Shown piece by piece: positions 43,633 through 46,945 of a stretch of DNA of 46,945 nucleotides. The stretch lies in contig JAAPAO010000250.1 in assembly GCA_013115145.1 (NCBI GenBank), positions 1-46,945 of the forward strand. The letters are read 5' to 3'. The notes beneath the pieces are model-generated. The model was not told the origin of the DNA, made no database searches, and saw only the letters and a program-made list of their open reading frames with translations. The position numbers and the translations under genes are program-made. Source of the DNA: Perkinsus chesapeaki ATCC PRA-425 (taxonomy: Eukaryota > Protista > Perkinsozoa). Every line of letters begins with the position of its first letter. Within the stretch, counting starts at the first letter, position 1.

Positions 43633-45912
43633 TTGATGATGATGATGGTGATGATGACGTAATGGCGTAATGTTATCGGTTGTTTGCCTTTAGCTCTTCC
43701 AGGCCCGGTCCATGATGCCAATGTATTTATTTTCATGCCCTCTGGTCAGTACTCTTGTTGCCATATCGACGTTTCCCTCTCAGAGAGTTTCAGCAGCAGC
43801 AGTATTCTGCAGCTTATTTCTATATCGTCGTTCAGCAACACTACTGACCGTTTTTGCTGTGATGAGAATGTATTCATTCTCATCAGAGGAGCATAGCTCC
43901 ATTGTTGACTTCAATAATAATGATAGCCTCACCTATTTCTGATTCATTTCCGACTTGAGTTGATTCCAAGACTGACGACTGCAGTTGTTGACTTCCTCCA
44001 GATGAGGCAGTTGGTATAATAGATAAACCGCCACCTAACCTACCTGATGGCCTCCATTTATATGTTAAACCTCCACTACTACAGCAGCAGGAGCTTAAGG
44101 GAGGCTCGTGAAGGCTAGCTCAACATCAGCTAGCCGGCTCAAGTCAATTATTATACTTGACCACCAAACCGCTTAGCAAGATTCGGCAAGTTTGTCCGCG
44201 CTTGGTTTACCACATAACATTTGTAGACGTCTCTGTGAAATGAGTAATATACCGTACCGATTGAGAAGACGGCCAGCGGCGCTCTGGAGTTCAGAAGTCG
44301 AACTCCGGAGCCCGGGTTTAGATTTTCGCTGTTGGCAGAATGTGATTCGACTGTCTGGACCGAGAGCAGTGATAATACTTATTCTTAGGGATCTGGACAG
44401 GTTACCATTTTATATTTTTTAACAGCTGAAACCATCACACCCGAAGAGGAAGGGGTAAAAATCGTGACTGAGACTAGGCTACACCACTCCCTCATTACCC
44501 CTATTCTGTAGCACTCTATTGGCTTCACCAACATTATCATAATCTCCCCCATGTCTCATAACAGCTCCCTGCATCCTTGCCAACGATGCTCCTGATGGGT
44601 TCATACCCGAATAATACCATAAACTGGCCTATACATTATTGACCAAACACAACCCTTCCAGCGATGACATGAAACTCATAACGAATAAGAAGACAACACA
44701 CAAATTAAAAGAACCCTTCACAGAGGTCGAGTGGCTATATGGAAGTATTGAGGATGCTTCCCAGCGCCGGTGCACCGCCCACCATTCCCGCCGCTCTCCA
44801 CCTTTTCCATATCAGATTCAGCAACGGAACTTGGTGTGATGACAGGCGTAAAGTGACGGCTGAGAAGAGAGCGATTATGACCCGTAGGCAAGGGGAAGCC
44901 CCCGCCCATCGTTAGATGATTGAGCGTTACAGTATCACAGTATTGGAGTAAGCTTTAAGTCCTGTGTTCATCAAATGCGTGGCAGCTCACAAAGACACTT
45001 TTGCTAACTGTAAACGCGAGAGATTGCCCCAGTCAGAGTATGTCACAGAGACGGCCCCTTTCCACGTGACCATGAGTTGATATCGTGAACTAGGCAGTGA
45101 ACTAGTAGCAGAAGGATAACCATCAATCTCTACATAGAAAATGGGGTCTCGATAAAAATTTCGGCTCTACAAGAACACCACGATGGAGCTACTATGCTCT
45201 GAACCATTCCAAATTATTCGTCTATCATTCGATTATTCGGTTATCAGTCCTGCCCTCCAATTCCCATAACCGTCCACCCTGCCAGTATAACCCTTTCACT
45301 ACCGTTCCCTTGCCAATAGTGCTACTCTACAATCACTCCTCAGCCCCCTCTCCACCTCCTCCTGTTCTGGGCCGAACAATGGCGACCAAACCACTGTGCT
45401 ATCATGAGACCATCTGTGGTACCTTTTGACAACCCATTCAACATATTTCTATAGCTCAACCGTATGAGTAAATGACAGTCGAGATTATACGCACCACCTC
45501 GAGAGACAATTCAAATGGACTGGAAACATATACACTTGATGGTAATATGTCGGAGGAGGGTTATAGGAACTTCGTGAAAGATAAAAGCATATTAACCAAG
45601 TCTCGAATACTGCTCACTCCGAAGAGATGGTCCATGAGGATGATTTAAAGAGAAAATGAAGAAGTGTGGTTATATACCACTACTGGCGGCAAGTGACCAA
45701 ATAAATAATGAAATAGTAAATAGCCGATAATGACGACGATGTTTGAGCGCAATAGTACGGAGTGGGCCATAAGGTTATGTAGCTTAGAACAATGGAAAGA
45801 ATCTCCGCTCCTCCCTTTTACACAAACCATCCAAGCACTAATATACCAATAATAAAGTCGATGATGGTAATAGTGCAAATCCACCAAGGATAAGACTTCC
45901 ATTGAGCTACCA

Positions 45913-45986
45913 GACGAATTAGTATAGCGGTTAAGGCAAGCGAATTAAAGGCCTAAGAAACCCAAGTTCGATCCCTTCATCTGTCA
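45913..45986 (+). pseudogene. Degenerate tRNA-like relic retaining A- and B-box-like motifs
   Basis: GACGAAT/ATCTGTC acceptor stem (6/7 pairs incl. one G-T), TAGTATAGCGGTTA A-box-like motif, AGTTCGATCC B-box-like motif, 74 nt. Anticodon and T stems do not pair. Confidence 0.45.
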
Positions 45987-46143
45987 TTTAATCCTACCAT
46001 GCTAGGAAGGATCTCTCGAACTCCTCGGCCCATCTGAGTCATACTAGCTGCCGACATAACACACATAATTGCAATCAGACCAGATAAAACCTACCAAACT
46101 CACCGAGGTCGAATATCTCAAAAGTCCTCAGCCGTAGACTTGT

Positions 46144-46945
46144 TTACATAGCGCGTAGCGGTGGTCTCACAGGAATTTTAACAACATACCGCAACTTGTT
46201 CATTCCCAATTCGGGTAGTAACCTTACCAAAGCCTCCGACAGACTATCCCCTATCCACCCGCACACAATACAAACCATGCCGGCGATGAACTCTGTCGTG
46301 CCTAACATCACTGATGTACATGAGCATAATACTAGCCCTACCAACAGCGACGCGTAACGTGTCAGCAGAACCTGGTAACCGCCAGACATCTGCTACCCAT
46401 GAGAACGCATTGGTCATGGGACGATATAACGGATGAAACGGTATGAGCTTTCGTAGACTGGACCACCAAGTGAAGGATCCTAAAGGGTGGGATGATACCG
46501 ATGATAACAAGTAGGAGCTTACCAACACTAAAGCTGATAATATTGCTAAGTAGAACCGCGGTCCATTGCCCCCATACTGCGACAGTGTTGCTGTCATAAT
46601 ACTGCATATTTGTTAAATGACTACTGATGATGATAGCATCCACTGATAGACTAGTTCTATTGTATCTATACTGTCCAATACCCCACCCTACTCCGTCATG
46701 TCAAGCTCTACTGGCAATAGGGAAGCAGAGACCACAACTACCACATCACAGCAATTTATGGGCGCGCGAGAAACTAAATGAGCGTTTTTGTGCACGCATG
46801 TGCAGAATGCTTTACCTAGTTATAAAACCTCACTACACTCCTGACCACTTTAATTGACTACAAACGGCTTTACCAGACTAGATAAGTGTATATTGGTTTT
46901 ACGTCTGAGTGGCGTGGGAAACGTTACACCGGTGCCGAGATGCCC
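46144..46945 (-). CDS. 3' part of a multi-pass membrane protein (runs off the window)
   Basis: Hydrophobic exon peptides (FYLAILSALVLVSSYLL; YASLLVGLVLCSCTSVMLG..AGMVCIVCGWIGDSL), stop at 46144. Confidence 0.35.

Noticed and set aside
44131-44143. Spliced-leader-like relic TAGCCGGCTCAAG
   Set aside because: Only short partial matches to the Perkinsus SL as I recall it (ACCGTAGCCATCTTGGCTCAAG), needing a 5-nt gap and with no GT donor after it; chance level.
44286-44306. Hairpin GGAGTTC/GAACTCC with a GTTCGA core
   Set aside because: Not a consensus B-box and no tRNA context; a 7-bp stem is expected by chance.
43640-45900. Short ORFs in the AT-richer terminal region
   Set aside because: Low complexity (GAT/CAG runs), no coherent exon chain or motifs; treated as intergenic or decayed sequence.

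Overview
Eukaryotic, intron-dense, gene-packed DNA. Short 40-55 nt GT-AG introns, the compact layout and lineage-specific secreted proteins suggest a perkinsid alveolate (Perkinsus-like); this assignment is inference. Genes recognised by hand-splicing exons: RNA polymerase III subunit RPC4/POLR3D (-), an EFCAB10-like protein (-), DENND6/FAM116 (-), HGSNAT (+), dyskerin/Cbf5 (+), a divergent TruD/PUS7-like protein (-) and MUS81 (-). There are also several coiled-coil, EF-hand-like and secreted hypothetical proteins. Five intact tRNA genes are present: Val-AAC, Glu-TTC, two identical Ile-TAT and Pro-CGG, plus several tRNA relics and orphan B-boxes. The most striking pattern is that intact tRNAs sit antisense inside enlarged introns of Pol II genes, including tRNA-Val inside the Pol III subunit gene RPC4 (candidate Pol III autoregulation by transcriptional interference). 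Other items: a cluster of orphan Pol III B-boxes in DENND6, a PUS7-like gene apparently lacking its catalytic Asp, a structured long first intron in dyskerin, 210-bp direct repeats around an intronless secreted gene, a mariner-like MITE relic and a 32-bp minisatellite. No rRNA or CRISPR array was found. Exon boundaries were inferred by eye and no database searches were run, so family names come from remembered motifs.
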